64,000 nt of DNA from the human T2T-CHM13v2.0 reference genome, Homo sapiens (GCF_009914755.1 NC_060925.1), one strand, 5' to 3'. Shown: positions 40,512 to 54,476, numbered from the stretch's first letter. Numbers and translations: made by a program. The notes: generated by a model not told the origin, from the sequence alone.

Positions 40512-42812
40512 CAGGAGTGTCAGCAGCACACTGTGTCCCACTGGCCCCAAATGCCTGCCTGAGGCTGGGATATCACCACCATGGCGGGGTCTTGCTGACT
40601 CTAGCAAGGGTGAGTCCTTTGGTGCTGGACCTCTGGGGAGACTCATCATTCCAGCATCTACATCCAGCCTCATGAATCCTCCCGTTAACACTGCTCCCCT
40701 GACACAGATCCCAGTTCTTCACAATTTCAAGCACTTCCCTCGCTATCTGAACAGTATATGAAAATAAATTATTTGCATGGAGTATCTGTTAGGCTTTGAC
40801 AAATGGAATAAATCAGTTGTAACTGGTAGCTTTATACTCACAATCTAAAATGGCAATTTCTACTCATAAATGTAATACGCTATGACAGGACAGAATTACT
40901 TCCACTGACAACATCAGGTTTTGATCCTACAGTAATGTACAAGATACAATTCCCAATCACCAGACTCTAAGCTGTGTAAGTTCTGAGTCCACTAGTCCAA
41001 AGAAAGATAAAAGGGAATTTAATAAACGGCTGAAACATCAAGGAGCTAGGTTCCCAGTCTGCCAGAGAAAGTACGCGTATGCCTAAGAAACATCCACAAC
41101 ATATGTTTTTTTTTAAAGCTGTCATAATTTAAAGTCTCTCTAAACATCTACTGTTTAATCTAATTTTCCTTCATGAATGTCTGGCTTCAGCTCAAATTGA
41201 ATCAACATTTCCATTATAAATCTCTATTTTCACATGTTCCTGGTTTGATTGTAAAATGTCTTTAGTCTGAAATATGACACAAACAGAAGCCGGAATTTTA
41301 ATGTTCTTCATTGGCAAAATGGTTTCACTACAAAACCAAAATCGCAGTTTTCTCAAGCCAAATGTCTAGAAATTAAGCAAAAAGAAAAGTAAAATTCTCT
41401 AGAAAAGTTTTCAGTTACAAATGCTATCCCAGGTTCTAAAAGAATAATCTGCCAAGTCATTATTAATATTAATTGCTACACATCTAAAGAAATTACATTT
41501 AACTTGAATATGAATATATACCATGAGCCTATGTCCAAATGCAACTGAATGCCAGACATTCAGTTCACATCAAATGCACCGTGCCTCACAGTAAGGAATT
41601 CTGTACTCTATCATTGATGTCTTTTAACAAGTTACTTTGTGAGGTATGTATTATGAATGTTGAAAAGCAACAAAAAATTGGCATTAGTCATTTTTATTAG
41701 GCCTACTGATTTTTTACATATTAAAACAGAAATATAAGTGAGGCAGACTGCTCATAAAAGAGATTTAATGTTCCATCAAAGTTAGAAATGTTAGAGTCTC
41801 AAGTGACTTTCTCCTTAGGGATATGTTCTGTAGCTAAAACAGGTGAGAATTCTCTGAAACTTGGATTCCAGTGGTTGACAGAGCAAAGGGCACACACTGC
41901 CTGGGAAGGCATACTGAGGACCTGCCAAGGAATCTGGTGAGAAGAGATTTGGCTGCTAGGTCAGAGACAAGGAGACCAAGGAAGCACGACAGATCTGAGA
42001 GCGCAGGAGCTGGGAAAGGGCGAAAACAAGTCTATGTTATCTAAAAGTCAGGTTATCCCATTCCAGCTTGGGCCTGAGGCATCTCTCGCCTCTCTCCCGA
42101 AATCCTTCACTCTCTTTTGGCAATGCAGCCTCATCTCAGTAACCATGAAGCAGAATATTCTTACCAATGTCTGGTGTATGTAGATGGTTTTCACAGGCAA
42201 AACACCTTTAAGGAAAACTGGAGGGAATCTAACTTAAGGCCTGGGAATTCAGAGATGCTCAAAACTATATTCTAGCCGTAAGGGTCCCAACCAACCACTC
42301 TCCTGGCCTCTTGAATCATTGCTTATGAGGAACTACTTTCTTCTCACCCTGTTTCAGATGGTATGTGACACCAGTGATGCAAAGCCCAGGGACTGAGAGA
42401 AATCAGCCCACCAAATAAAGAAGCCTTTAGGCTGAAATGAAAGCCAGCCTACACCATCATTAAAAATCTGTCAACGGACTGGTGAAAAAGAGTTCTCCAA
42501 AAATGAAAAATAAAACAAACAAACAAAACGACAGAAGTTCTAAGTCTAATAAGCTCCTTCTTTTTCTCTTGTAACTGCAATATTGCTATGGATGATTTCA
42601 CTATATAAGTAATAAATAAAAAGTTCTTCTGCCTAAAAAAAAATAAGACGACTGACAGGAGGAGTAGTTGAGGTGATAAAGAGTCAAAAACCAATTTCTC
42701 TTGTGTCCAAATATTTGGGATGTCTTATGGCTGAAGATGTTTTATCTCAAAGAATGTGCTTTAATTTGGAACTATTCTTTTCTATACCACATCATGTCGT
42801 AATTACATTATG

Positions 42813-43114
42813 GGCCAAGCACGGTGGCTCACGTCTATAATCCTAGCACTTTGGGAGGCCACAGCAGGTGGATCGCTGAAGCTCAGGAGTTCGAGACCAG
42901 CCTAGGCAACATGGTGAAACCCTGTTTGTACAAGAAATAGAAAAATTAGCCAGGTGTGGTGGTTTGCATCTGTAGTCTCAGTTACTTGGGAGGCTGAGGT
43001 GGGAGGATCACCTGAGACCTGGGAGGTTGAGGCTACAGTGAACTGTGATTGTGCCACTGCACTCCAGCCTGGGTGACAACGTGAGACCCTGTCTCAAAAA
43101 TAAATAAATAATAA
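42813..43114 (+). mobile_element. AluJ
   Basis: Full dimer; TSD TAATTACATTATG at 42800-42812 and 43115-43127. Confidence 0.92.
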
Positions 43115-43469
43115 TAATTACATTATGTATTAATTTGGTGGGACCAAGCAATTTGTAAATACAGAATGTCCTACTTCTTGGAACAAGAAATTCTGATCAA
43201 TAAAATTAAGAAATATTCCTATGTACATAAGTATGCAACTAAACCAATAGTATAACAGCAAAACATTAGAGTTGCTTAAGAAGAACAATAGTAGCAATAC
43301 ATCGCTTTATAGTGCCCACATTAAAAATATACTAAAATTCAAAAGATAAAAAAAAAATGAAGCAACAAGGAATACTTCACAAAATAGGAAAATGATAAAT
43401 TTTCTTAATTTAAAAATCCCTGAAGCTTTGGTTTTGTGTCCGTCACCCTTGTTTAGCAGGAGCAATGGT

Positions 43470-43720
43470 GTAATAATGGCTAGTAGCACAGATGGGCTGT
43501 GGAGTCAGACGCCAAGGTCAGAACCACAGCTCTACTTACTAGACCATGTGTAGACATGCAAGTTAGCTAACCTTTGTGAGCCTCGATTCTCTCATCTGTA
43601 AAATGGAGAATTAATAGGACCTAACTCACAGGACTGCTGTGGGGATTAAATGAGCTGAGGCAGGTAAGGCTTAGAATAGTGCCTCCCATACGCAAATGTG
43701 TTCCACAGTTATTATTGTTC
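43470..43720 (+). mobile_element. MIR (near full length)
   Basis: gtggagtcagac...gagcctcgattctctcatctgtaaaatggaga...ggggattaaatgag...ttattatt. Confidence 0.85.
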
Positions 43721-45880
43721 ATTCATGATCCTTAAACTATCTACATATAACCTTTCTACCTCTAACTATGATATTTAAGCTTGTCCATTTTTCATTCACT
43801 GATTACAGACTTCCTAAATGACAAAAATAACCTAAGTGTAACCCTTTTTGTAATAAACATCATTTATTTAAGTTATCTGTGACAATCTCCCAGGCAAGTT
43901 CTTACCCCATCAGTGAGGAAATGCTAGGTTCAAATCCTCATTAACATTGGTTACACAGAAACAACAAAAAGTCTCAGTAATTTCAAAGGCAGCAGAATAA
44001 AGCTGAAATATCTCCATTTTGGCACAGGTGGGATCACGGTCAGGCCAGGATGGGGCCAGGATGGGGATCTTCTGCTGACACCTAGCTCAGCAGGCCATGG
44101 GGCTGTTGAGGGCATGCACCAGAATCACTCAGGCATGTCAGACAAGAGAAGAGGGGGTATGGGGCAGATGAGGAAGGTCTCCTAACCCTACAAACACCCA
44201 CTTCTCTTCTCCAACACAGAGAACAGTAACTGGCCCTCAGCAGGGGTTATACCTCCAGAATGACTCAGAGGGAAAGAATGCCTGGTGCCTCCGCAATATC
44301 TGATCCTTTCAAAGCATCGTTCCACATGAAGGCACTCACTCTGTATGGCACCAGCTCCCTTTCCACAGAGTCCCCCAACACCACTTTCCATTAAAACCTT
44401 TTCACCACTGGCACTCAAATGGCCTATGTAAAATTACTGGTTTCAAATTATCCAAAGAGAAGTGGTACAGAGAATGCTGCCATCTCTATGCTAATTCCTA
44501 CTTCATATAATCTTAAAGTCCCCCAGGCTTAGTGTTTTGTGACCCCCCCTCCCCCACTATACACACATGTGCTTGTATACACACATAACTGAGAAGAAAA
44601 ACTTTCAATAATTTGATGATCACATGAAGGTACAATTTGAGTAGAGAGCTCAAAATTTCCCAACCATCAAGAATGTGACAGTGGGTGGGTGAGCTGACTC
44701 ACCACTAATGACAAAGACAAAATTTGACCTCAGCATCTAAACCTGCAAGCGTATATAGAATATCATGTTCTTTTTTCTATTTTTGTTACCTATTCAGACA
44801 GCTGACGAATATTCCCAAGATGCAAGTTTTATCTACCTTATTTTCTACTCCTCTTAATCCTGTTTTGATTGCTGGGGGAAGTAGCAGTCACATGCTCTGT
44901 TTGTGGCAACACAGAATGAAAATCCTCTCCTCAGAGTCTCCTCGTCAAGCAAACAGCAAATCTGTTTATTCATCATCTTCGGTTCACAATCTCCAGCCTT
45001 CTACCAGGCTAACTACACAAACCGCTGCAGGTGAAGCAGCTCAACTCCTCTGTCTAACCTGATGCCAGTTGAAACCCTTGGGGTAGGGTCTTATCTAGGG
45101 CTTCTTGGTAACTAGTGGACACCTTAGGCAAGGCCTTGAGAGGTGCGAAACAATCTGAGTCCTTCCTACTACTTACAACTGCAAAAAGTCTAAGGGTCTG
45201 TCACTCAAAGGTCAAACGAGAACACTCAAAATCACTTAAACTTCATTTGGTCAAGAGAAATTAAGTAGTTTCCTAAAAGTCAAACAACCCTGAAAATGAC
45301 CTGAACATCTTCAAGGACGGGAGAAGACATAATAAGAGATTTCCCCTTCTGCATCTTTGCCTTCAATTCTGCACTCCCCCGAGTAGATCTGGGCCCACTA
45401 CCTCAGAAATTTGGTACAGAGCATCACCAGGCCAATATGCATGAAGACTGAGGTTTTAAAGGAGAGGATCTCACGCAGGTTGTACAAGAAGAGCAAACAC
45501 AACTGACCTGGAGAGCAGCTCTTCTCTCATTCTGTGCTCTCCCCATTCCCCCAGGCCCACCCTCCAGAACCAGCTAGAGTTGGGATCCCAGCTGCACCCT
45601 GTGGCCAGCCTCTTTCTACCACGAGTCTGACGACAGCCCTCTTACTTCAGAGAGCCCCCCAGTGACCTGTCAATCTAGATCTGGCTCCTCTGAGCTTCAT
45701 TCTACCAGTTTTCATTACGCATTTTTTCTTCTGTGTGGACTACAAGGTCAAAACAAAAATGAAAGGTCTGTGTCTAACTTGTTCCTGCAGTATGGAGAAA
45801 GCTGCATGGTGCCCAATGCGAATGCCTGTATAGCGTGTAAAATAGTGTCCAGCTCCCAGCAAGTTAAAACTTCAAATAAA

Positions 45881-46187
<307 letters not shown>

Positions 46188-46770
46188 CTTCAACTAGAAA
46201 GCACCAACACTGAAAGCAAGATGGCAATGAAGTGGCACCTTCAAACTGGAGTATTCATTTCACTGAGCCAGCCTCTGCCATGACAGCCTCTTTGCAAACC
46301 TTCATTGGTTTCGATTCTCCAACACCCGTTGCCTCCATTGCCCATCCCCTCTGAATGAGGGAAGGAATTCACAGTCTTCACAGTCAGAGGGCACTCAAGT
46401 GAGTCAGGAAAATAAGAGAGCAAAGGCCAACCAGGGGTATCTCTGGCAATTTCCATAAGTGTTAGAGGAGAGGACGGCAGAAAGATAGAATGGAAGGAAA
46501 GGGAGAAGGGCAAGCAACTGGGGAAAAAACAGAAACATGCAAGAAGAAAACTGAGCCTACGGAGAAAGAAATCAGGCAAATGCAAGAGAGAGAGAGAAAG
46601 GAAAGAATACGGATCTAGTTGGTGAAATACGGTGATAAAATTTAAAATTTGACCAGAATTATCACTATCATTATAAGCAATAGTCAATGCCTTCATCAGG
46701 CACCTTGCTATTAACTTACAGAACACTCACTGTGTGTTGTTTGTTATATCAAGTCTTTAGGAATATATCT

Positions 46771-47092
46771 ATCATAATAAGGAAGAAGATCATGTCTTTT
46801 GCAGGGACATGGATGGAGCTGGAAGCCATTATCCTCAGCAAACTAACACAAGAACAGAAAACCAAACACCACATGTTCTCACTTATAAGTGGGAGCCAAA
46901 CAATGAGAACACATGGACACAGGGAGAGGAACAACACACACTGGGGCCAATGAGAGGGGCAGGGGAAGGGAGAGTATCAGAATAAACGGCTAATGCACAC
47001 CGGGCTTAAAACCTAGGTGATGGGTTGATAGGTGCAGCAAACCACTATGGCACACGTTTACCTATGTAACACACCTGCACATGTATCACATC
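46771..47092 (+). mobile_element. Short 5'-truncated L1PA (ORF2 tail and 3'UTR)
   Basis: MSFAGTWMELEAIILSKLTQEQKTK; TSD GAATATATCT at 46761-46770 and 47162-47171. Confidence 0.92.
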
Positions 47093-47160
47093 ACATAACA
47101 TAACATTAACATAACATAACATAACATAACATAACATAACATAACATAACATAACATAAC
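47093..47160. repeat. (ATAAC)n pentanucleotide microsatellite in the L1 tail
   Basis: 10 perfect ATAAC units at 47111-47160 plus degenerate units upstream. Confidence 0.95.
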
Positions 47161-47793
47161 AGAATATATCTTCTGGGCTTGCCATTTATTAATAATTTAT
47201 TATTTTCAACAAGAAAATAGCTCAGATAGTCTACTAGGTATATTTAACAAAACACCATTTGAAAATAAAGAAGACATAAAACCTTTAACAGTAGGTTCTA
47301 CGGGTTTCCTGAACTCTAAGGCCCAAGTGCAAGTAAGGCTTTCTTTGATGAACCAGATAGATAATTTATTTTTCCCCAAAAACTCCAGGTTCACTGATGC
47401 TGAACAAGTCCTAAATTCTTTTCTTGTCAATATCTGCATCTCTTAGTTAAGACAGTAAGTCGATATTTTGGTTCTTGTACATTAAAAGTGTTTTAAACTT
47501 AGACTTCCCCATCAACTTTATCCGCTCATTTGATGCTTTTTACTGATATTTAACAAAAAGAAAGAAAGAATGAAAGAAGAACATATTAAGACCTTCAGAA
47601 GCCCAGTTTTCAGTACACCCTCTCAAATAAGCCCTCTCCAGGAGCATTCTTCACAAGAGTAGAGCACATTTCTACAATCTAGGTGGCAAGGACTGGCTTG
47701 ATCCTACAGATTTAAAAAAAAAAAAAAAAAAAAGTAATTCATGAAGGGGAACTGGGGCAGGGAAAGAATGTTAAATCTTGGGCTGAGCCTTAA

Positions 47794-47815
47794 ATCTCTC
47801 TCTCTCTCTCTCTCT
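47794..47815. repeat. (TC)n microsatellite
   Basis: About 11 TC units; a poly-A run lies nearby at 47714-47733. Confidence 0.9.
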
Positions 47816-49165
47816 GTATAGTTTTAAAAATACCTATCTAAACCCTTAACAGAAGACAAACAGTATTTTTATTCCTGTTTTCGTACGAGATTACATCTGA
47901 TACATAAAAGTATCTCTGAATATTCAGCATTTGTAGTGAATGATGTAATGATTTAAAGTTATCAGTATGATACAGACAAATAGCACTGGACTGCTACCAT
48001 CTACTTATGTAACCCTGGGAAAGTCGCTTCGCGATATATACTAATTTCTCTTCTGTCTGAAAAATGATCATTTTAAATAATTATTAATTTAGTTAATCCT
48101 CAATACAATTATTTCCAGGATACTCAACATAGAGATACTGAGGTGATGGGGCACAATCGCCTGCATCTATGCCATCTATGCCATGCTTAAAGATGTGGGC
48201 ATTTCATCTATCAGAAATTACTCACTTCCAGTAGCTCAAATAAGATGCATTTACTGTATGCAAAGTGCACTCTCATAGACAGTGGGTATTTATCATAAAG
48301 TTCTAAAATGCATCTACTCTAGTCTTAAGACAGGGTACCAGAATAACCTTCATAAACATGTATCTGTTCATGTCCAGTCTTTCAAAACCTGCAAAAATCT
48401 TCACTTTCCCTCTGCCACAAAATAAAAAGCAAATTTCCCACCCTAGCAATCAGGGCCCTCCAAACCTGACCCCAAACAACTGTACTTCCCACTCTCCAAG
48501 ACGCCAGGGGCTAAGTTAAAGGAACTGAGGCCAAACCCCACAGAGTGAAGGAAAAAGAAAATGCGCTTACCTCAGGCTGGCTATGCACTAGGCACTGGCA
48601 AGGTATTTGCAGTTACGCGATCTCATGTAATTCTGGTAGTCTGGGTCTTCCCACTTTGTCTCCAAGGCCCAGCTGAGCCCTGTGAGGAACTGCACATTCC
48701 TTTCGCTCATATATACTCCTCTCTGTGTGTCTGCAAATAGCCTAAGGCTATGAATGGAACATGCTTTGTTTGTACACACTGGTATTTGCACATGACAAAA
48801 ATCAGGCTTTGCCACCTACTAATTCCCTCAGATTCAGAAAAACAGCTAAGTTTTCCAAGAATCCCCAAGAGCTATTTTAAGTAAATTTTATAAATTTGTG
48901 CGCCTTCATGAGGCTTAATCTGTACTAGAAGGGTCTCTCATTGTACAGTGTATCTAACACAACCAGTCACTGTCTTCCACAGGACAGCCTGTGACTATGC
49001 TGCTATGTAAATCGAATGAAGAGACGCACAGAGCAAAGCCTTGCTACTATCCTTACTGTACTTTCACCTAGGTCTATCTAACTAGTAATCGAAATGTATC
49101 ATATACAAACATTAATTTGCATAATTTACCAAAACACTTTTTGTCATGATTCAGATGAATCAATA

Positions 49166-49857
49166 CAGCTGGCCCTTGAACACGGGTTTGCACTGCATGG
49201 GTCCACTTATACACATATTTTTTTCAGTAAGTTACACTGCGTGTGCCTGCCTCTCCTGGCCCCTTCCACCTCCTCCACCTTTTCCACCTCTGTCACCCCT
49301 TTCTCTTCCTCTTCTGCCTACTCGATGTGAAGACCTTTATAGGATCCACTTCCACTGAATGAACAGTAAATACGTTTTTACATTTTCTTTTCTCTAGCTT
49401 ACTGTAATGCAAGACTATAGTATCTAATGCATACAATGGGCCAGGTGCAGTGGCTCAAGCTGCCTATAATCTCAAGGCTTTGCGAGGCTGAGGAGGGAGG
49501 ACAGCCTGAGGCCAGGAGTTGAAGCCCAGCCTAGGCAACACAGCAGGCCCTACCTTTACAAAAAGTTTTAAAAATTGGCCAGGAGTGGTGGCGCATACCT
49601 GCAGTCCTAGCTACTTGGGAGGCTGAGGTGAAAGGATCAGTGAGCCCAGGAGTTTGAGGCTACCGGGAGCTATGATTACACCACTGCACTCCAGACTGGG
49701 TGACAGAGCTCCACTCTATCTCAAAAACAAAACATATAAAATATAAAATGTTAATTGTTTATATTATTAAGGATGCTTCCAAACAACAGTAAGCCATTAG
49801 TAAATTTTGGAGGGAGGGGGTTGGTGCCCCTAACTCTCACATTGTTCAAGTCAACTG
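49166..49857 (+). mobile_element. Tigger2a (MER28)-like element interrupted by an AluJ
   Basis: TIRs cagctggcccttgaaca...tgttcaagtcaactg, flanked by TA on both sides. Confidence 0.85.
49439..49732 (+). mobile_element. AluJ nested in Tigger2a
   Basis: Diverged dimer with gaggccaggagtt / gagcccaggagtttgaggct J features. Confidence 0.88.
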
Positions 49858-50133
49858 TACTTCAGAAAGACTGGAATTTCTAAAATTACGGTTAATATTT
49901 TCACAGCAAATGTTTTAAATATGGGCATAGGTATACACAAAAACATGTGCATGTATTTATGTACCCCCCAACAGAAACCTTCTTTTTTTTTTTATCCTCT
50001 TATTCACGGAATAAGCATTGAAATGCATGGAATAAGCACGGAACTACTCCCACATTCTGAGACGTCTTGGGACATAGGCAATGTTTTACACGATTTAATG
50101 GCTATAATGACTTTCTAATACAAAAGTGCTAGC

Positions 50134-50458
<325 letters not shown>

Positions 50459-52489
50459 TCAAAAAGAGCATCTGCTCTAACATATTTGACAGAGGCTTGG
50501 TCAAAGTGATTAAGAAATGTGCTGGCAGAAGGGAAGAAAATAATACGAAGGTTGCTTGGAACATCCCTGCCCTGCAGCCACCTATTTTACTAGCAAATAA
50601 AAGATACCTAACGCACAACACAGCCAAGTCTTCTTGCACAAAAAGACAGATAAGCACCAGGTGCCTAAAACTTTATCATTGTTATATCACAATCAAAAAA
50701 GCTCCGAAAGCAGATCCCCTCTTCTCTAAAGCAGGGGGTCACTGTATATGGGCACAAAGACTACCACACTCTGAATCCAGCATATGAATTCTTTTTAAAG
50801 GCGTTAACAGGAATTATACACCTGTAAACGGGACAGGCCCAGTGACACAACTGTCTGCTCATTTTCATGCCTTTTCTTCCTGAGGAAAAAACCAGGCAAA
50901 GCGGTGGATGGTTACAGAAGTACCAGAGGAGCCAACCTCATACTAAAATAAGATATTTCAATTTGTAAGAATATTTTTTAAAATTAAAAAAATCTGATAG
51001 CAACTTTAATGCCTTAATTTTTACCAGACTACTCAGCAATGCCGTAAGCGTAAACTCTTCTACAAGGTTCCCTGTAGCATAGCACGGAAAAAGCACAGCC
51101 TTCACATGGACTTAAACCTGGCCACAAACAAGCTACACTTACTGACTATATGATTTCTAACTTTCTATTATACACATTACTTGTTTTTCATATCTGGCTT
51201 AAAACTTTGAATTCAAGCACTTGACTCATGTATCTATGAGGCTCCGTGTGGGCGCCTAAGTGCTCTAGAAGAACCATGGTTGGCTTGGTTTGTTTTTAAT
51301 TATGAAAGTAATCTACTTACATTACAAAACTATAGGACTGAAGAATAAATATGTAATCACACGTAATACTACCACCCTTACAGAAGCTACAAGTTTTGTC
51401 TATTTCTTCTAACCTCTTGTTCTTGGGCTGTTTTTCCTACTAACAAGCTGAAAAATTCATAGCTTTTTACTCTGATAAACATAATTGTTTTTTAAAAATT
51501 CAAACAGTCTAGAGAAGGAAAACACTTTTCTCAACCATTATTAACCGTTTGATATACACAGCCTTCTAGTTTTCTAATTCGCATATAATTCTCTTAATGT
51601 TTGTAATTTAGCAGTAATAGAATTACATAATAGTATATATGCGATAATGTTCTATAATATTTTTCAATTAATGTATTAATAACTTTCCCTGTCAACAAAT
51701 AAAAATCTATATTACTTCTTTAAATAAGTTATAGCTTCCTTTAAGAGTTAAACATATAGATGCAGATCTTATGCAGAATTGCTAAACAGAATGTAAATTA
51801 TGTACAGACCAAGAAGTTTCTTTCTTCCCTTCTCTCTCTGGTGTCACTGACGTAGGCACAATCAGCAACCATGTTGTCATTACATTGTGTTAGGAATGTG
51901 CAGATCACAGAAAAGCATCATTTTAATCTTCTAGTACACCTGGAGTCCTGTCTAAATCTTCAGGCTAAAGAAAGCTAGAGTGATTTGGATAGATAAATTG
52001 TAATAGACTGAAGACAAGAAAAGTGCACTCTGCATTTCCTAGGCAGCCAGCCAGTTACACAGCATAACCGTACTTTTGCACGTAAAGACGTCCCTTCACC
52101 TTCTTCTCTTCTCTAGATAAAGGATTTTTCTACTAGCCTCCATAAGAGAGAGGAAAGAAAACCCTAAAAGGCCACCATGACGCCAAGACTTCACCTTTAT
52201 TGACTTACCATTTTTCATCTACTTTCACAAAAGGGATTTATGGCCCACTCCTCTTTAGTAAGAGTCAATACACTTTACGAACCTCCCATTCTGTCTAGTA
52301 AAAGATTTAACAGGAAGACTGCCCAGCCGGGCAACCAATGGCACTAAATGATGGCATACAGGGTATCAGACAACATGGCACTTGACTCTGAGGAGATGCT
52401 TAGGGTGATCACAGACACGCTCTAACCTACTCTGCGTGGCAAACTGAACACAGTCCCAACAAAAACACACAAAGTAGTGCACTAATGAA

Positions 52490-52860
52490 CACAGTTCATT
52501 CCGTCCATCGACTAAATGTCTAGGCTGTTTCAGGAACTGTGTAGGACAGTCGGCATTCTGGAATACAACAGCTCAGTTCCTAAAAACAAGTCTGGTAAAG
52601 GGAAGAGACATGCATTAAGACATGTTGACAGCGATATAGTGAAAGAGATAACCGCACAGCACTATGAAGGCATCAAGAAGAAAACAGCCACCTGTCAGGA
52701 TGGGGCTGATCAGGACGGTTTCTCAGAAGAAACGAATACTCAGATCCTCAAATGAGGAGGAGGTCTGCCAGGTGGAGAGAAGAGGCAAAGGCATTCCAGG
52801 TAGAAGGAGCGGCTGGCAAAATTAAAGCATGACAGAGCACTGGGAAATTGTAGAATGTAA
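52490..52860 (-). mobile_element. L2 fragment
   Basis: ttcattccgtccatcgact...ggagagaagaggcaaaggcattccaggtagaagga. Confidence 0.6.
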
Positions 52861-53277
52861 ATTAGTACCTGCCTGACTATGCAAAAGAAATCTCTGAAAG
52901 GATACACAAGAAACTAGTAATACAAATGAACTGCTAATACTAGTAATACCATAAGGAAGTGGATGGTGGGCAGAGGGTGGGAGAAAACTTTTCACTGGCT
53001 ATGCTTTAGACAGTATGAATATATCTCTCCAAATAAATAGAATTATAAATAAATAATACATAAAACTAACTCTTGCCCCCTACCCCATGACAAAACAAAT
53101 CCAGCATTTTTTATGCAGAACACACAGCTGGGATAAGTAACAGACAGGAGACTGGTATATACGGGTCTTTCCCCAAATCATGTCTGAGTGACCCTGGGAT
53201 ATGGGAACGCAACCCTCACAAGATGAAATCATCCTTTCCGGGTAAGGTGGTCTCGGTGTAACAATCAGGGAAGCCCT

Positions 53278-53359
53278 AGGGGCAGAATCACAGGTTTCAT
53301 TCTATTCAAGCAAATGGAGAATCACAGGGGCAGAATCACAGGTTTCATTCTATTCAAGC
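53278..53359. repeat. Perfect 34-bp direct repeat with 14-bp spacer
   Basis: AGGGGCAGAATCACAGGTTTCATTCTATTCAAGC at 53278-53311 and 53326-53359. Confidence 0.95.
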
Positions 53360-53420
53360 GTGTTTCCAGAGCCATCGTTTTCACAGTAATCAAAATGTGC
53401 CCTAATGATCACTGTGGCCC

Positions 53421-53461
53421 GGGGTGGGGGCTGGGTGGGGGCTGGGGGGGGCAGGGTGGGG
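53421..53461 (+). other. G-quadruplex-forming motif
   Basis: ggggtgggggctgggtgggggctggggggggcagggtgggg has seven G-runs of at least 3 with 1-2 nt loops. Confidence 0.8.
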
Positions 53462-54379
53462 CAGATAAGAGTGAGAAAAAGTAAAAAGTTTGAAAATTAC
53501 CAATCTAGGGAAGAACACCAGCATTGCCATCATCCAAATCCTACGTTATTCAAAGACTTTCGGAGGCCTCTACAGTGTTTAACGAAAAAATTCCTATTGA
53601 TAAGTGATTAGCCAACGTTATCTCACTTCCAAAGCCCTCTCATTTCCAAATCATATCTCATTTCCAAATCCCTCAAGCTTTAAGCAGTTTTCTTCAGAAT
53701 AATAAACATCTAGTAAAGATCCCTAACCTGCAGAGTGTGGCTGACTGTGAATGCAGTGACAAAGGTGCAAGAGACTGTTCTCAGTGGCAGCTTCAACATC
53801 TGTGCTGTGCAAAGGTGGCCTCCTGATACACAACAGCACACACTGTGGCCTGACACACAACTGGCTGTCCCAAAATGTGATTCACAGTCTTCTCAAATGC
53901 TAATCCCAAGAACAAGTAGAAAGCCAATTTTCTGGAGAAATAATTACATAATCCACTTTTTACAGACAGGCTCTTCTACAGAGTAATTACTTGAGTAAAA
54001 GAAAAATAAACACTAGTATGATGACTACAGTAATCATGAACATGCTGGAGGCAGAGCCCAAATCTCCAAGGGTTCTAATGGATTCTATAAAGCACAGATT
54101 CGAGAACTGTATGGCTTTCTTCTGCAGCTCCCAAGATGCAGGCTTGGTATGATAAGCAAACACAGCTGAAGAGCCACCCTGACTCCCTAGGGGATATTCT
54201 CAGACTATAAACAACCTCATTCGCCACCTCCATTTGCTTCCAACCTCTGTACATACTTGTCTCAATTCATAATTAGTGTGAAACCCAGAGTATCTTTATT
54301 GTTTGGTATCTACCTTCCCACAATACTTAGACTCATGGAAGACAAAATATTTGTTTTACAACCTCAAACAATGGTAAGT

Positions 54380-54476
54380 TCAATATACTTTATTCATTTA
54401 CTCTTTCAATAAATATGTACTAATAAATTCAATCAATATACTTCATTCATTTACTCTTTCAATAAATATATACTAA
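54380..54476. repeat. 44-bp tandem duplication (period 53, 2 mismatches)
   Basis: Copies at 54380-54423 and 54433-54476. Confidence 0.9.

Noticed and set aside
53278-53359. 34-bp direct repeats resembling a CRISPR repeat-spacer unit
   Set aside because: Only two copies, a 14-bp spacer partly derived from the repeat, no cas genes, and a human intron context.
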